Positions 39,243 through 47,908 of a stretch of 64,000 nucleotides of DNA are shown one piece after another. Each line of letters begins with the position of its first letter. Position 1 is the first letter of the stretch. The translations under genes were made by a program, and so were the position numbers. The stretch is from positions 118,683-182,682 of the forward strand of contig JASKLF010000002.1 of NCBI GenBank assembly GCA_030153785.1, written 5' to 3'. The DNA is from a bacterium (GTDB lineage Bacteria > Synergistota > GBS-1). The notes beneath the pieces were generated by a model. The model was not told where the DNA came from and did no database searches. It saw only the letters and a list, made by a program, of their open reading frames with translations.

Positions 39243-41402
39243 TTATTTCCTCCTAAACTCCTGATGTTTTCTCGTATTACTCTTCTGAAAAGATGGCTTT
39301 TCAGAAACCTTATCCACTTCTCCCTTTGCCTCAAGAACTTTTCTCCTACTTAAAGCTATACGGCCAAGGCTATCTATTCCTATAACCATTACCTCAATTT
39401 CATCTCCAACTTTGACTACTTCCTCAACGCTTTTTATTCTCTTATCCGAAAGCTCCGAAATATGGACAAGTCCAATTTTCCCAGGCCACAACTCAACAAA
39501 AGCGCCAAATTTGGTCACTCTTGTAACCTTTCCCTTAAAGATGTCACCTTCTTTAACCTCTCTTGCTATATTCTTTATCATCTCCAAAGCCTTTAATCCG
39601 CTCTCTTCCGTGGGTGAAGAGATGTAAACTTTTCCATCTTCTTCTATGTGTATTTTAGCCCCCGTTTTCCTTATAATGTCCCTTATTATCTTTCCACCAG
39701 GGCCTATAACCTCATGAATTCTATCGGGGTCAACTTCTGCCACCATTATTCTCGGTGCATAAGGAGAAAGGGTAGGCCTCGGCTCTGATATAGCCTCCCT
39801 CATCTTATCAAGAATGAAGAGCCTACCTTCTTTCGCCTGTTCCAACGCTTGTTCTAAAGTATCAAAGGTAATACCCTTTATCTTCAAATCCATCTGAAGT
39901 GCGGTTATCCCCTTCTCTGTTCCAGCTACTTTAAAGTCCATATCACCATGATGATCTTCCAAGCCAAGGATATCGCTCAGTATCACCACTTTATCATCTT
40001 CCTTGATAAGCCCCATAGCTATACCCGCAACAGGAGCTTTAATTGGAACACCCGCATCCATTAAAGAAAGAGTGCCTCCGCACACCGTTGCCATCGAAGT
40101 AGAACCGTTAGAAGAGAGAATTTCTGAAACAACCCTTATTATATATGGGAATTCGTCTTCGGAAGGAATAACAGCCTTAAGGGCCCTTTCTGCCAACGCC
40201 CCATGTCCTATCTCTCTTCTACCCGGTCCTCTTAAGGGCCTTACTTCACCCACGCTATAGGGAGGAAAATTATAGTGAAGCATAAATCTTTTTGCCTCTT
40301 CCTCTCCAAGCCCATCGATTATCTGTTCATCTCCAACGACACCTATAGTAGTTATTACAAGCGCCTGTGTTTCTCCTCTTGTGAAGAGAGCAGAACCATG
40401 GGTTCTTGGTAATATACCAACTTCGCAGGTTATAGGTCTGATATCCTTCCAACCTCTGCCATCAGCCCTTCTACCCTCTTCAACTATCATCTTCCTCACG
40501 ATCTCGTGAAGAAGGCTATCAAGCTCTTCCTTTATCTGCAACTCATACCCCAAAAATTCCTCCCCGAGCTCTTTGAAGGCTTCCTCTTGAATCTTCGCAA
40601 TAGCGGCATTTCTTTCAGCCTTAGCCATTGCATTTAAAGCTTCCCTTATAGGGTTAGCCCATCTCTCCCTTATCCTCCGAGCCAATTCCTCATTTCTCGG
40701 GGAGAGCTCAATTTTGACCTTCTCCTTCCCAACCTTTTCTATCATGCTTTCCTGAATTTCCACAATCTTTTTAATATGCTCATGAGCAAACTCCATAGCG
40801 TTAATGATGACCTTTTCGGGAAGCTCGCGAGATCCAGATTCTACCATAACTATGGCCTCTTTAGTGCCAGCCACAACGAGGTCTAACTCGCTAGTCTCCA
40901 GCTCCAGTTCAGTAGGGTTAATCACAAACTCGCCATCGATATACCCCACCCTTACAGCAGCCACAGGTCCATCAAAAGGTATTTCAGAAATGCCCAATGC
41001 AAGAGAAGCTCCATTTATAGCAAGAAGCTCAGGCTGATTAAGTTGATCGTAAGATAATACCGTTACCACCACATGAACATCGTTACGAAACCCTTTGGGA
41101 AAGAGAGGCCTTATAGAGCGGTCCACAAGCCTAGCGCTCAGTATGGCCTTTTCACTGGGCTTTCCTTCCCTTTTAAAGAAGCCTCCAGGAATCTTCCCAG
41201 CAGCATAAAACCGCTCCTCATAATCTACAAGGAGCGGTAAAAAATCGATTCCTTCCCTAACCTCATCAGACATAACAGCTGTAACCAAGACTACCGTTCC
41301 ACCATATTTAACAAGCGTAGCTCCGTTAGCTTGCCAAGCAACTCTACCAACTTCAAAGGAGAGTTCTCGACCCCCTATATCTCCTCCTACAACCTCTACC
41401 AT
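39243..41402 (-). CDS. pnp: Polyribonucleotide nucleotidyltransferase (PNPase)
   Basis: [52 protein letters not shown] and S1 domains. Confidence 0.99.
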   Translation of the reverse strand: MVEVVGGDIGGRELSFEVGRVAWQANGATLVKYGGTVVLVTAVMSDEVREGIDFLPLLVDYEERFYAAGKIPGGFFKREGKPSEKAILSARLVDRSIRPLFPKGFRNDVHVVVTVLSYDQLNQPELLAINGASLALGISEIPFDGPVAAVRVGYIDGEFVINPTELELETSELDLVVAGTKEAIVMVESGSRELPEKVIINAMEFAHEHIKKIVEIQESMIEKVGKEKVKIELSPRNEELARRIRERWANPIREALNAMAKAERNAAIAKIQEEAFKELGEEFLGYELQIKEELDSLLHEIVRKMIVEEGRRADGRGWKDIRPITCEVGILPRTHGSALFTRGETQALVITTIGVVGDEQIIDGLGEEEAKRFMLHYNFPPYSVGEVRPLRGPGRREIGHGALAERALKAVIPSEDEFPYIIRVVSEILSSNGSTSMATVCGGTLSLMDAGVPIKAPVAGIAMGLIKEDDKVVILSDILGLEDHHGDMDFKVAGTEKGITALQMDLKIKGITFDTLEQALEQAKEGRLFILDKMREAISEPRPTLSPYAPRIMVAEVDPDRIHEVIGPGGKIIRDIIRKTGAKIHIEEDGKVYISSPTEESGLKALEMIKNIAREVKEGDIFKGKVTRVTKFGAFVELWPGKIGLVHISELSDKRIKSVEEVVKVGDEIEVMVIGIDSLGRIALSRRKVLEAKGEVDKVSEKPSFQKSNTRKHQEFRRK

Positions 41403-41409
41403 ACCCTAA

Positions 41410-41679
41410 TTACCTCCTAAGGCCGAGCCGCCTGATAAGTTCAAAATACCTGCGTGCATCTTTTTCCCTAAGATAGTTAAGTAGCCTGCGTCTTTTTCCT
41501 ACCATCTTAAATAGACCTCTTCTTGAATGAAAATCCTTAGGATGCTGTTTTAAATGTTCCGTCAGCTTGTTAATCCTCTCCGTCAAGATAGCAATTTGAA
41601 CCTCAGGAGATCCCGTATCGGACTCGTGAATTCTAAATTCTCTTATAATCGCTTCCTTTTCCTCTTTCGTTAAGGACAT
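41410..41679 (-). CDS. rpsO: 30S ribosomal protein S15
   Basis: [29 protein letters not shown]. Confidence 0.99.
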   Translation of the reverse strand: MSLTKEEKEAIIREFRIHESDTGSPEVQIAILTERINKLTEHLKQHPKDFHSRRGLFKMVGKRRRLLNYLREKDARRYFELIRRLGLRR

Positions 41680-41709
41680 TTTTAAAATCCCCCCTTACTT
41701 ATTAATATT

Positions 41710-41757
41710 CCCCCACCCAAGCCCATCGCCGGGGTCTACGGTGAGCTTAGACGAAGG
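41710..41757 (-). ncRNA. Putative S15 (rpsO) leader RNA
   Basis: Minus-strand CCTTCGTCTAAGCTCA pairs with TGGGCTTGGGTGGGGG (16 bp including G-U pairs), capped by a CCG/CGG stem-loop. It lies between the promoter and the rpsO SD. Confidence 0.65.
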
Positions 41758-41772
41758 CTATATTTCTTATAC

Positions 41773-41781
41773 ATTATACCA
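41773..41781 (-). promoter_or_regulatory. Extended -10 promoter of the rpsO-pnp run
   Basis: TGGTATAAT on the minus strand just 5' of the leader hairpin. Confidence 0.65.
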
Positions 41782-41798
41782 CAAATAAAAGAAAAGGG

Positions 41799-41827
41799 TT
41801 GTTAGTTAACTATCCTTCTGATACAAT
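41799..41827 (+). promoter_or_regulatory. Sigma70-type promoter of fprA
   Basis: TTGTTA - 17 bp - TACAAT, with extended TG. Confidence 0.55.
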
Positions 41828-41867
41828 TTTAAAAAGAAACGGATTGCAAACGAGGAGGGATGAAAGG

Positions 41868-43091
41868 ATGCCTCAAATCTGGACCAAAAAGTTGTTTGAA
41901 ACCCCAGAAATATACTTGTTGAGGATCGACGATGACGAAATAAAGTTCTTCGAGGCAATTTGGGAAATTCCTGAAGGAATAACTTACAACGCCTATATAC
42001 TTAAAACAACAGAAGGGGTTATTCTCTTTGATGCGTGGAAAGATAACTATTCTAAAGAGTTTTTAGAAACGGTGGAGAAAATAGTAAAGCCAACTGAAAT
42101 AACACATATAGTAGTTCATCACATGGAACCAGACCATAGCGGAGCTTTACCAGCCTTATTAGAAGCCAACGGGAAAAAGGCTCAGATAATATGCTCCCCC
42201 ATTGCCAAAAAGCTATTAGATGCCTTCTTCGAAATGAAGGAAAACATAAAAGTCGCAGAAGATGGAGAGGAGTTGACTATAGGTAATATAAGGATGAAAT
42301 TCATTCACGTTCCATGGCTACATTGGCCAGACACCATGATAACATATCTTCCAGAGGAAGGCATCATCTTGGGATGCGATGTAGGAGGGGGATACTCCAT
42401 ACCAAATGGCTTGGATGAAAGTGAGGAAACCAATATAGAACATTATCTTAAATATGTAACGAAATATATCGTTACCGTGATAGGACACTACAAGAAATAC
42501 ATACTTGAAAACTTTGAAAAGCTTGAAAAACTCGGAGTACTAAATAACCTCAAGGCAATTCTACCAGGACACGGTTTAACCTGGCTTAAAGAACCCATGA
42601 AGCTTCTTGAGCATTATGCAAGAGTGGCAAAGGGAGAACCCCAAAAGGGTAAGATTCTTGTAATATATGACTCAATGTATGGTTTCGTAGAAAAGGGCAT
42701 AACAATAGCGTTGGACGAATTAAAGAAAAACGGGGTTAACCCTGTGGTATATAGCTTCACCGATAAGTTTGCTCCACCGGTAAGCGAATTATTGGGCGAA
42801 ATTCCAGATAGCGAAGCCATCCTGTTCGGCTTTTCCACTTACGAAGCAAGCCTACATCCTTTGGCTAAACAGCTGATTTATGAAATTTTGGACAAAGCGG
42901 ATTATGAAAAACCAGTTTTGGCTTTGGGTAGTTTCGGCTGGGCAGGCGCCTTAAAGAGAGAGATCCAAAAGCTACTAAAAGATTCAAAGTTCAATCTTAT
43001 CGACGCTATAGAGATTAACGGGAAACCAAAAGGGGAAGATGAGCTCAAAATAAGAGATGGTATCAAAAAGCTAATCCAGCAACCCTCATAA
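41868..43091 (+). CDS. fprA: Flavodiiron protein (FprA/FDP, O2/NO reductase)
   Basis: PEGITYNAY, HHMEPDHSG, WLHWPD, GCDVGG, PGHG, flavodoxin domain YDSMYG...GSFGW; ATG at 41868 follows GGAGG. Confidence 0.95.
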   Translation: MPQIWTKKLFETPEIYLLRIDDDEIKFFEAIWEIPEGITYNAYILKTTEGVILFDAWKDNYSKEFLETVEKIVKPTEITHIVVHHMEPDHSGALPALLEANGKKAQIICSPIAKKLLDAFFEMKENIKVAEDGEELTIGNIRMKFIHVPWLHWPDTMITYLPEEGIILGCDVGGGYSIPNGLDESEETNIEHYLKYVTKYIVTVIGHYKKYILENFEKLEKLGVLNNLKAILPGHGLTWLKEPMKLLEHYARVAKGEPQKGKILVIYDSMYGFVEKGITIALDELKKNGVNPVVYSFTDKFAPPVSELLGEIPDSEAILFGFSTYEASLHPLAKQLIYEILDKADYEKPVLALGSFGWAGALKREIQKLLKDSKFNLIDAIEINGKPKGEDELKIRDGIKKLIQQPS

Positions 43092-44127
43092 TATTTTTAG
43101 CTACGTCCGTATTATCTAAAACGCCCTTAAAAAGAAAGGCCCCTGTCCCGTGAGCAAAAATGGGGACAGGGGCTTTCGTATGCCCTTTAGTTCCCCATTT
43201 AATCTTGTAAGACGAATCCAAATATAGTCCACCAGTTTCATGGTCTGCAGTAACCACTATTAAAGTCTCTTCCGGATGCTGCTTATAAAAAGAAAAGGCC
43301 ACACTAACTGCTTCGTCCAAGGCTTTTATTCCCTCAATAGCATTCTTAACATCGTTTGCATGGCAAGCCCAATCAATTTTCCCCTCCTCTATGATCATAA
43401 GAAAACCACGGTCGTTGTAAAGAAAATCTATCCCCCCTTTTACAAAGGTAGCCAAAGTCACGTCGTTTTTAGAAGAAAACTCTTTCGTTCCAAACAAAAT
43501 CAACGCTCTCTTTCCTTTAAAGCTATAAAGCTCTTTCATGCTTCTTACAACTCTGCACCCTTTCCCCCTCGCAAGCTCTATTATGTTTGGTCTTTCATTC
43601 CTGTATTTTTTACTATTTCCAATAAGATCGTTCCCAACGAGATAATCGAAACCGCTATTGACCAAATCCAAAGCAATATAATAATAGTTAAACCTGCTGG
43701 GCTGACAAGAATAGAAGGCCGCTGGGGTAGCATCATCCAAGGAGACATCGGTTACTATACCAACCTTCATGCCTTTAGACTTAGCAAGGTAAGCCATACT
43801 CTTTAACTTCTTCCTTCTCGTGTAATCCATCCCTATAACACGGTTTAAAGTCTTTTGACCTGTAGCCAAGGCGGTTGCGGAAGAAGCCGAATCAGGGATT
43901 CCTCCATCAAAGGAGGTAGTAATAACCCTTCCTTTGAAATCGAACTTGAGGAAGACAAGCTCGCCATAAAAAGACCTTGCAAGATCTACCTGTGAAAAGC
44001 CCATGCCATCTCCTATAAAGAAAAAAACATACTTAGCTTTGGAAAAGGAAAAAGCGGTAGCATGAGCAAAAATAATGGCAAAAAAGAAAATAACGAGGAA
44101 AACAAAAACTCTCTTCGACTTAGACAT
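43063..44127 (-). CDS. Alkaline phosphatase (short form, with signal peptide)
   Basis: FIGDGMG, DSASSATA (catalytic Ser), ATPAAF, EEGKIDWACH, TADHETGG, GHT. Confidence 0.92.
   Translation of the reverse strand: MSKSKRVFVFLVIFFFAIIFAHATAFSFSKAKYVFFFIGDGMGFSQVDLARSFYGELVFLKFDFKGRVITTSFDGGIPDSASSATALATGQKTLNRVIGMDYTRRKKLKSMAYLAKSKGMKVGIVTDVSLDDATPAAFYSCQPSRFNYYYIALDLVNSGFDYLVGNDLIGNSKKYRNERPNIIELARGKGCRVVRSMKELYSFKGKRALILFGTKEFSSKNDVTLATFVKGGIDFLYNDRGFLMIIEEGKIDWACHANDVKNAIEGIKALDEAVSVAFSFYKQHPEETLIVVTADHETGGLYLDSSYKIKWGTKGHTKAPVPIFAHGTGAFLFKGVLDNTDVAKNIMRVAGLAF
43134..43177. terminator. Strong hairpin inside the phosphatase CDS, ~45 nt after the fprA stop
   Basis: GCCCCTGTCCC / GGGACAGGGGC 11-bp perfect stem, flanked by GAAAG and TTTC. 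Confidence 0.5.
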
Positions 44128-45578
44128 CGCTATCTAAAAAGGAAACCTCTTCCTTACTCTCTCCCTTCTTAAAGGGAAGCCTAAGATAGAAAACCGTTCC
44201 TCTCTCGCTCTCTCCAAGCCAGAGGTCGCCCTTCATAAGCTTAGCCAAGGTCTTCGATATGTAAAGTCCCAAACCAAGTCCACCACGAGAAAGGGAAGAA
44301 CGTTTAAACGGAGAGAATATTACACTCCTTATCTCATCCGGAATACCAGGCCCCGTATCTCTGATAGTAAACAGAAGCTCCGTTATATCATCCTCCTTGA
44401 GCTTCTCAACAGAAAGCTCTATAAATCCTCTCTCCGTAACCTTGGCAGCGTTCATAAGAAGGTTCAGCAAGATCTGCTCTAACTTAGGAGCATCTCCCAT
44501 AAGCAAGAATGGGAAATCTGGAACGTTTACCCTAAATTCTACCCCTTCCTTAATGTATGGCATTACCACGGTTTTAAGGTAATCAATGGTATCATTAATA
44601 TCAAAGGGTAGGTTTAAAACTTCGACCTTACCGGTTCTAATCCTGTAAGAATAAATGTAATTTTCAAGAAGTCTTTTAACCCCATAAATACTCGCATAAG
44701 CTCTATCAACGAGCTTTCTTTGAAGGTCATCCAAGTCCGTTTCCAACAATAGATCGAGAAAAGAGATAGCACTACCAGTCAAAGCCCTCACATCATGTCC
44801 AAGCATGCTTATAAAGCTATCTTTATCATTCAAGTTTCTTGCCAAAGTATCTAAAAAGCTCGACTTTATCATTACTCCCTCTCTTCCCAAGAGATTCCCC
44901 TTTTCATCATAAATTCCCCTTATAACCGAGGTTACCCATACAGGGCTACCATCAGCCCCTTTTAACAAAACCTGTCTAACTCTAATGCGATCTCTTTCCG
45001 AAAGAGCCCTTGTTATTTCTGTAAAGAGGTTTTCAGCCGAAACCTCATCGAAGTGAATTTCGTGAACCCTCTTACCTATAAGCTCTTCAGCCTTATAGCC
45101 AAGAATCCTTCTTGCCCCCTCATCATCGATAAACTCAAAACCTGTTGTTTAAATCTATCCTGAAAAAGGCAATAGGAACATCTTCAAAGATGTTCAGATA
45201 AATTTCCCTTTCTATAGGAAGTTTAATCAAGCTTACATAAATAATTCTCTTATCTCCTTCAGAAACGGCCTTCCCTCTTAAAACGGCGTAAAATGGAGCT
45301 CTATCCTTGGGGGCTAAATAAACATTAGAAGAATAAATCCTCCCCTTCGTACTTAGGTTTTTAACGAACTCCTTAAAAATCTCTTCACCATTAGCTTTGC
45401 TCTTAAAGGGGCGGAAAAACTCCCATAAGAAGGTTTTACTCGCTACTTCCCCCGGACTAATCCCCAAAAGTGAAGAAGCACCTTCATCTAAATAAAGGAT
45501 TTTCCCTTCCTCGTCCAGCTTCAAAAATCCTATCTCAAGCTCGACAGGTAAACTTTTCCCTTCATTCCCCTTTCCCAT
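44120..45578 (-). pseudogene. PAS-PAS-histidine kinase interrupted by a +1 frameshift (track ORFs 45135-45578 and 44120-44968)
   Basis: AGG TTT TGA G at 45143-45134. Removing one T gives a continuous PAS domain, FEDVPIAFFRIDLNNRFEFIDDEGARRILGYKAEELIGKRVHEI...KGADGSPVWV, followed by HisKA SMLGHDVR and HATPase NLLMNAAK, DTGPGI, GLGLGLYIS. Restored length is 485 aa. Confidence 0.85.
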
Positions 45579-46233
45579 AAAGCCTCTCTATCATCTCCCT
45601 GACGTTTCTCACATGCTCCAGGTCTGCTTTAAAGGCCATCTCCTCATTTTTAGAAACGATAGCTTCAAATATCTTCTTATGTTCCCTAACAGATTTTTCC
45701 TTTCTTCCAGGAACTCTTAAAGTGTTCTCCCCTAAACTCCTAATAATATTAAGATAATCCATGGTAATGTTAATCAATAAAAAATTATGGGTCGCCTTTG
45801 CAACCTCCAGGTGAAATTCTTGATCATACCTAAGAAGCTCATCAATCGAAACTTCTTTTCTATCCATGTCTTCCACTACCCTCTTAATTCGCTCTATATC
45901 TTCCAAACTTGCACATTTTGCCGCATATCTCGTTATAGTTGGCTCAAGAAGCTCTCTCGCCATAAGAGCCTCATAAAAAACCTTCGGGCTACCCACATCT
46001 ATCTCAGGAAGAGGCCGAACAAAACGCCCCCGTCCTAAAATTGTCTCTACAAGCCCCATAGATTCCAAAAGCCTGAAAGCTTCCCTTAAAGAAGCCCTGC
46101 TCACGCCAAATATGCGTAAAAGCTCTTCTTCCGAAGGAAGCTTTTCTCCGGGCTTAAGTTGTCCTTTTAAAATCCAATCCCTTATTTCCTCCGCAACTTC
46201 CTCATAAATTCTCTTTGGTTTAAAAATTGGCAT
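45562..46233 (-). CDS. GntR/FadR family transcriptional regulator
   Basis: LKPGEKLPSEEEL, FGVSRASLREA, GRGRFV; FCD domain DQEFHLEVAKATHN. Confidence 0.95.
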   Translation of the reverse strand: MPIFKPKRIYEEVAEEIRDWILKGQLKPGEKLPSEEELLRIFGVSRASLREAFRLLESMGLVETILGRGRFVRPLPEIDVGSPKVFYEALMARELLEPTITRYAAKCASLEDIERIKRVVEDMDRKEVSIDELLRYDQEFHLEVAKATHNFLLINITMDYLNIIRSLGENTLRVPGRKEKSVREHKKIFEAIVSKNEEMAFKADLEHVRNVREMIERLYGKGE

Positions 46234-47054
46234 TACTCCAACAACTCCTTTGGATTAGAACAAGCCATAATCTCTATTTCTTTATCAATTATACCAGTTT
46301 TATTCAATATAGATACGTAGCTCTTGAAACCTTCCACGGGGTCAGGATTAAAAGCTTGCCCTAAATCGGAAGCTATAACTGTGGTCCTAACTCCCACCAT
46401 CTTGATAGCGCTAACAGCTTCCTCTATGGAAACGTGCCTTAAGGGGTCTTCACTCAAAATTGCATAAAAGCACCTTTCAAAGAAAACCCCCCTTTTAGAA
46501 AGCTCTAACTGCAAGTCAATGGGCATCTTCGTTATCCATAACTCAGGGTGAGTAACGAGAACTTTTTGAACGCCTCTTCTAAAAGCCTCTTCTATTAAGA
46601 CAGCTATCTCTTTAAGAGAAAGATGCCCTGTTCCCAATATTACATTTTTCTGGGCTATAAGGTCCAATATATGGTAAACCTCCTCCTTCAAAGAACCATC
46701 ATCCTTCAGTATAGAGATAGCGCCCTCAAGAGGGCTACCAGTTTTTTGACGATGGTTTAGGGCATCCACCGTTGGCATCCAAACCTCCTTGCCTCCCAGA
46801 TTCAAAGCAACTTCCACGGCATTAGGATTTAATCCCCCAACGCTCCTGTTCAAGACTATACCCCCATATACCTTTATTCCACCGACTACCTTTTGAGCTA
46901 TAATTGCCCTTGAAACGGTGGACTCGAAGTGATTTTTTATAAGTATTCCTGCCATATTAGCGCTCTTGGCACGCTCGGCAAGCTCCACATCTGAAAGCTT
47001 CCTCTCTATAATATCTGGCGATGTGTGAACATGCATATCTATAAATCCATCCAA
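46233..47054 (-). CDS. Metal-dependent amidohydrolase-fold protein (DUF6282-like)
   Basis: IDMHVHTSPD, IKNH, GGLNP, VWMPT, TGHLS, THPE, SDLGQ. Confidence 0.8.
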   Translation of the reverse strand: MDGFIDMHVHTSPDIIERKLSDVELAERAKSANMAGILIKNHFESTVSRAIIAQKVVGGIKVYGGIVLNRSVGGLNPNAVEVALNLGGKEVWMPTVDALNHRQKTGSPLEGAISILKDDGSLKEEVYHILDLIAQKNVILGTGHLSLKEIAVLIEEAFRRGVQKVLVTHPELWITKMPIDLQLELSKRGVFFERCFYAILSEDPLRHVSIEEAVSAIKMVGVRTTVIASDLGQAFNPDPVEGFKSYVSILNKTGIIDKEIEIMACSNPKELLE

Positions 47055-47090
47055 TAAAACCCCACCTCCCTCTAAGACAAAAGCAATTTA

Positions 47091-47119
47091 AATATAACAA
47101 GTCACTATTCTTAAGTCAA
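47091..47119 (-). promoter_or_regulatory. Sigma70-type promoter of the amidohydrolase-GntR-kinase-phosphatase run
   Basis: TTGACT - 17 bp - TATATT, with extended TG. Confidence 0.65.
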
Positions 47120-47158
47120 CATAGAATTTTTCCAATCTCGTAGTAAAAGCTTAAAAAG

Positions 47159-47812
47159 CTACTTTAACTGTGATGCATAATAGCAATTTTCTTGAAGGGG
47201 ACACTCATCACATTTTGGTCGTTTTACACAATACCTCTTAGCATGTTCTACTATTAACCCATGGAGCTCCTGATAGAGAGCAAGGTCAGGAGGATACTCA
47301 GACTCAAAAAGGTTTTTAATCTCGTCGTAACCCTGCAAATCAATATTAAACAGTCTTTTTAAAAGTCTCTTCGTATAACTATCAACCACAAAAACGGGCT
47401 TATCAAGAGCATAAAGCAAGATTGAGTCCGCAGTTTCCTTGCCTACCCCTTTTACTTCAAGCAAACTTTTTCGCAAAGCATCTGTAGGAACGCTCTTCAA
47501 TCTATTAAGGTCAAAGTCATAAGCCTTAAGAAACGCAAGCAATGCCTTTAGCCTTTTCGCCTTCAAATTAAAGAAACCCGCAGGACGAATAAGCTCCGCT
47601 AATTTCTCGGTAGAAAGGGCTTCCGCCTTTCTTAAAATATCATTCTCCCCCAGTGCCTTCTTGAGATTTTCTATGGCACGAGAAACGTTCTTCCAATTCG
47701 TATTTTGAGTAAGAACGGCCCCTATGATGATTTCTTCTGGCAAACCGGGCCACCACTTTCCCAGGAAACCATACACCTTCTTTAGACACGTATAAAGGTC
47801 GCTCACTTTCAT
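47159..47812 (-). CDS. Endonuclease III-related HhH-GPD DNA glycosylase with FeS cluster loop
   Basis: WWP, GAVLTQNTNWKNV, IRPAGFF, KGVGKETADSILLYA, FVVDSY, CVKRPKCDECPLQENC. Confidence 0.92.
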   Translation of the reverse strand: MKVSDLYTCLKKVYGFLGKWWPGLPEEIIIGAVLTQNTNWKNVSRAIENLKKALGENDILRKAEALSTEKLAELIRPAGFFNLKAKRLKALLAFLKAYDFDLNRLKSVPTDALRKSLLEVKGVGKETADSILLYALDKPVFVVDSYTKRLLKRLFNIDLQGYDEIKNLFESEYPPDLALYQELHGLIVEHAKRYCVKRPKCDECPLQENCYYASQLK

Positions 47813-47819
47813 GGCTTAG

Positions 47820-47869
47820 ATTATATACCCATGTTACCCCCTTGACAAACTTGATATACCCAGTATACT
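47820..47869. promoter_or_regulatory. Divergent promoters with overlapping -35 boxes
   Basis: Plus strand: TTGACA (47842-47847) - 16 bp - TATACT (47864-47869). Minus strand: TTGTCA (47848-47843) - 17 bp - TATAAT (47825-47820). Confidence 0.7.
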
Positions 47870-47908
47870 TTTACTTAAGTGTTTTCTATAAGAGCGGGAG
47901 GTGAAATC

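Noticed and set aside
39239..39245. pnp stop in frame with the dut start (TAA ACT TTG)
   Set aside because: TAA is an efficient stop and such spacing is common by chance; simple translational coupling explains it
43276..43806. 176-aa plus-strand ORF inside the phosphatase
   Set aside because: Antisense, with no recognisable motif or RBS
45135..45137. TGA as selenocysteine in the PAS kinase
   Set aside because: The downstream homology is in the +1 frame, not in frame, so read-through cannot restore the protein
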